Below the pieces are notes generated by a model that worked only from the letters and a program-made list of their open reading frames with translations, was not told where the DNA came from and did no database searches. This document shows, piece by piece, positions 61,626 to 64,000 of a stretch of DNA of 64,000 nt. Origin of the DNA: Candidatus Saccharimonadales bacterium (GTDB taxonomy: Bacteria > Patescibacteriota > Saccharimonadia > Saccharimonadales > JACDBH01); NCBI GenBank assembly GCA_041752595.1, contig JBGSWE010000006.1, forward strand, positions 2,259 through 66,258, in the 5' to 3' direction. Position 1 is the stretch's first letter. Every line of letters starts with the position of its first letter. The position numbers and the translations under genes are program-made.

Positions 61626-62722
61626 GATAGTGTTTGTGTTTTTGTTTCGATAAACTCTTCAATATTAGTAAGGAAGTTTTTGGTGGAAAACTTGTCTGCA
61701 AACTTAGAAATATCTTTATGATCATAAGCGTTTGGCTTAAAGTTTTTTAGTGCTTCTACTAGTGACTCGACGGTTTGACCATTAAAAAACTCGCCAGTTT
61801 TACCTGGGATTACAAAATCTAGTGCACCGCCGGCCTTATAGGCAATTACTGGTGTGCCAGCTGCCATGGCTTCTACTGGTGAGATACCAAAATCTTCGAA
61901 ACTAGGGAAGATAAAGGCTTCGGATGAGCTTGCGTATTTGACTAGTTCGTCGTGATCTAGTCGACCGGTGAAGGTAATTGTCGGGCCTGCAAGTTTTTTT
62001 AGATCTTCTGTAATTGGTCCTGAGCCAATAATTGTTAAGGGGAGTTTGAGTTGGTTGCAGGATTCTATTGCAATATCGAAGCGTTTTTGAGGGACGTGAC
62101 GACCCCAGGTTACAAAGCCTTTACGGGCCTTTAATTTACTACTAACAAGTTTGCCAAATATTTCAGTGTTGACTGGTGGAAAAATTGCGATAGAGTCGCG
62201 GTTATAGTACTTTTTGATGTCTGATTGAATATGCGACGAATTTGCAATAAAATGATCAACTTTTTGGGCGGCTGCATAATCCCTCTTCTTTAGTGGCCCT
62301 ACAAGGGCCTTTAAGCCCAAACGTGCCAACCACACAGGCTTAAAACCTGGGTTATCCAGGTAGGCTTGGTGGTGGCGCCAGTAAAAGTGGACTGGAGTAT
62401 GACAATAAGAAATGTGGGTTACGTTATCGGAATGTGCGAATTTGGCCTCGCCGTTGCCAGTTATAGAAATTATTAGGTCATAGTTTTTAAAATCTAATTT
62501 ACGAAACCACCACTGGCGCGGTAAAGGCAGGAATTTTCTTAACTGTTTAAATGGTGGGTGCTGCAAGTAACCCGTGACTACTTTGTTATTAAGGCGCTCA
62601 CGCCACTCGTCTGAACAGTAGGATGTGTAGATTGGGGCATCGGGATAGAGTTTATGAAATTCTTCTACTACCAGTTCAGCACCACCGCCGTATATCCAAT
62701 CGACTACCAGGGCGACCCGCAC
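61622..62722 (-). CDS. glycosyltransferase family 4
   Basis: GTG start. C-terminal EDFGISPVEAMAAGTPVIAYKAGGALDFVIPGKTG. Confidence 0.8.
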   Translation of the reverse strand: MRVALVVDWIYGGGAELVVEEFHKLYPDAPIYTSYCSDEWRERLNNKVVTGYLQHPPFKQLRKFLPLPRQWWFRKLDFKNYDLIISITGNGEAKFAHSDNVTHISYCHTPVHFYWRHHQAYLDNPGFKPVWLARLGLKALVGPLKKRDYAAAQKVDHFIANSSHIQSDIKKYYNRDSIAIFPPVNTEIFGKLVSSKLKARKGFVTWGRHVPQKRFDIAIESCNQLKLPLTIIGSGPITEDLKKLAGPTITFTGRLDHDELVKYASSSEAFIFPSFEDFGISPVEAMAAGTPVIAYKAGGALDFVIPGKTGEFFNGQTVESLVEALKNFKPNAYDHKDISKFADKFSTKNFLTNIEEFIETKTQTLS

Positions 62723-62724
62723 TA

Positions 62725-64000
62725 CTAAGCGCCTCTGCCAAATATTACAACTGCGAAAGTGCGGATGATAATAACTAAGTCACTCCAAAAACTCCAGTTT
62801 TGAACGTAGAATATATCTAGTTTGCGGCGTTCGTCGAAGCTGATGTCTTTGCGGCCGGATATTTGAGCGAGCCCAGTCAGGCCTGATTTAACAGACAGAA
62901 TTGCATGGCGCTGTTTATACTCTTTGAGCTCTTGTGGAATCAGTGCACGTGGGCCAACCAGGCTAATATCACCCCTAAGTACGTTATAAAGCTGAGGTAA
63001 TTCATCTAGGCTGGTGGCGCGCAGGAAACGGCCAAGGCCGGTGATACGAGGGTCGTTATCGAACTGCTCTTTGTTGGCCCTGAATTGCTTGGCTAAATCT
63101 GGCCGGCCCATTAGGATAAAGTCCTCTTCTGGGGTGCCCTTACCATATTTGCTGTTCATTGAACGGAATTTATAAACGGTAAATTCGCGGTTATAACGAG
63201 TTAGGCGGGTTTGCTTGAAGAACACTTTGCCGCGAGGTTCTGATGCCTTACTTATAATTGCAATAACTAAGAATATTGGCGATAAAATAATTAGTGATAA
63301 GGAAGAGATAAATATATCAAACAGACGTTTTACGATGCGTCCCCAGCCAGTTAGGGCGGTTTGGTGCACGGCAATTACGGGAATCGAGTAAAACAGATCA
63401 ACATCAATGTTACCGACAAAAAGTTCATTGTTGCCGGGTACGAATTTGAAGGCAATGTGGTTTTGTTGGGCAAAGGCTAATATTTGACTGTTTTTATCGG
63501 CTGACGAGTACAGCTCGGTTTGAATAATGCTATTGATGCCACGATCTTTTAGTTCTGCTACAGCGGTTTCGAAATCGGTAAAATGACGGTATTTGTGTGA
63601 GAATTTATCGGTACCAACTACGCCGACAATCTTGTAGCCAGTAATCTTGGTGTTGGCGATGGCTTCTATAAACCGGGCAGTGATAGCGGTGTCGCCAATG
63701 ATTAGAACGTTATTAACACCTATACCGTAATGAAATAGGCTTCTTTTGATGCCTCGAGCGATAGTACGAAATAGTAGCAAAAAGGCAAAAGCTAAACCTA
63801 GTCCATATACAGGCACTAATCTAGCCGGAAAAATACTAGTGTTACTGACGTATTCGTAGCCAATTGCCACTAAGATGCCTAAGAAACAACCAACTAGAAG
63901 GCGGCCAAATTCCGAAAAGCGGTTTTCGTAGGTGTTTTTATTGTATAAACCAAGTAAACCAAAAATAATCAGCCAGATCGGTAATATATATAAGAATGCG
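62725..64000 (-). CDS. polyprenyl-phosphate sugar phosphotransferase (WbaP/bacterial sugar transferase family), N-terminus beyond the window
   Basis: LFDIFISSLSLIILSPIFLVIAI...FKQTRLTRYNREFTVYKFRSM...DELPQLYNVLRGDISLVGPRA. The frame stays open and hydrophobic from 63871 to the window edge. Confidence 0.85.
   Translation of the reverse strand, partial: AFLYILPIWLIIFGLLGLYNKNTYENRFSEFGRLLVGCFLGILVAIGYEYVSNTSIFPARLVPVYGLGLAFAFLLLFRTIARGIKRSLFHYGIGVNNVLIIGDTAITARFIEAIANTKITGYKIVGVVGTDKFSHKYRHFTDFETAVAELKDRGINSIIQTELYSSADKNSQILAFAQQNHIAFKFVPGNNELFVGNIDVDLFYSIPVIAVHQTALTGWGRIVKRLFDIFISSLSLIILSPIFLVIAIISKASEPRGKVFFKQTRLTRYNREFTVYKFRSMNSKYGKGTPEEDFILMGRPDLAKQFRANKEQFDNDPRITGLGRFLRATSLDELPQLYNVLRGDISLVGPRALIPQELKEYKQRHAILSVKSGLTGLAQISGRKDISFDERRKLDIFYVQNWSFWSDLVIIIRTFAVVIFGRGA

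Overview
The window reads as the replication-origin neighbourhood of a small-genome, Gram-positive-type bacterium. My inference is a Patescibacteria/CPR lineage resembling Saccharibacteria. It uses the standard code: TGA is a stop, including in many ATGA start/stop overlaps. Gene order from left to right: (1) 1-2.6 kb holds a partial low-complexity ORF, two tRNA-Ser genes followed by a 22-bp duplicate of a tRNA 3' end, a comFC gene interrupted by an in-frame TAG, and hsp20. (2) 2.7-19.6 kb is a chromosomal, minimised type IV secretion-like locus. Seven tandem VirB2/TrbC-like pilin paralogs lie on the minus strand. They diverge from a plus-strand operon encoding a VirB6-like polytopic protein, a PrgI/VirB3-like protein, a VirB4 N-domain-like protein, a VirB4 ATPase, a 973-aa NlpC/P60 protein, a PEGA-like protein, a tri-domain (SGNH / lysozyme-like / M15) cell-wall hydrolase and a membrane-anchored protein. 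No relaxase, coupling ATPase or integrase is visible. (3) 19.6-25.9 kb holds recF-dnaN-dnaA (minus) facing rpmH-rnpA-yidC-jag (plus), with DnaA-box-like sites between them, so this is the likely oriC. (4) 26.0-26.6 kb is a RelB/DinJ-type antitoxin plus RelE/YafQ-type toxin pair bracketed by a 12-bp imperfect direct repeat. (5) 27.6-64 kb is a compositionally mosaic surface-glycan supercluster of more than 36 kb. It contains the rmlABCD genes, ugd plus SDR enzymes, Wzm/Wzt ABC exporter genes, an O-antigen-ligase-like protein and many GT2/GT4 enzymes. It also contains a coupled aminotransferase / methyltransferase / ATP-grasp-HAD / methyltransferase / GT2 cassette, a Gtr/Arn-like lipid-linked sugar module, glmS and a WbaP-like initiating transferase. 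Inside it, an AAA+ (DUF4143-type) ATPase gene sits between an intact GT4 gene and a decayed copy of that gene's 3' end. I saw no rRNA, CRISPR array, transposase or phage genes. All calls rest on reading the ORF translations and the DNA by eye. No database search was run.
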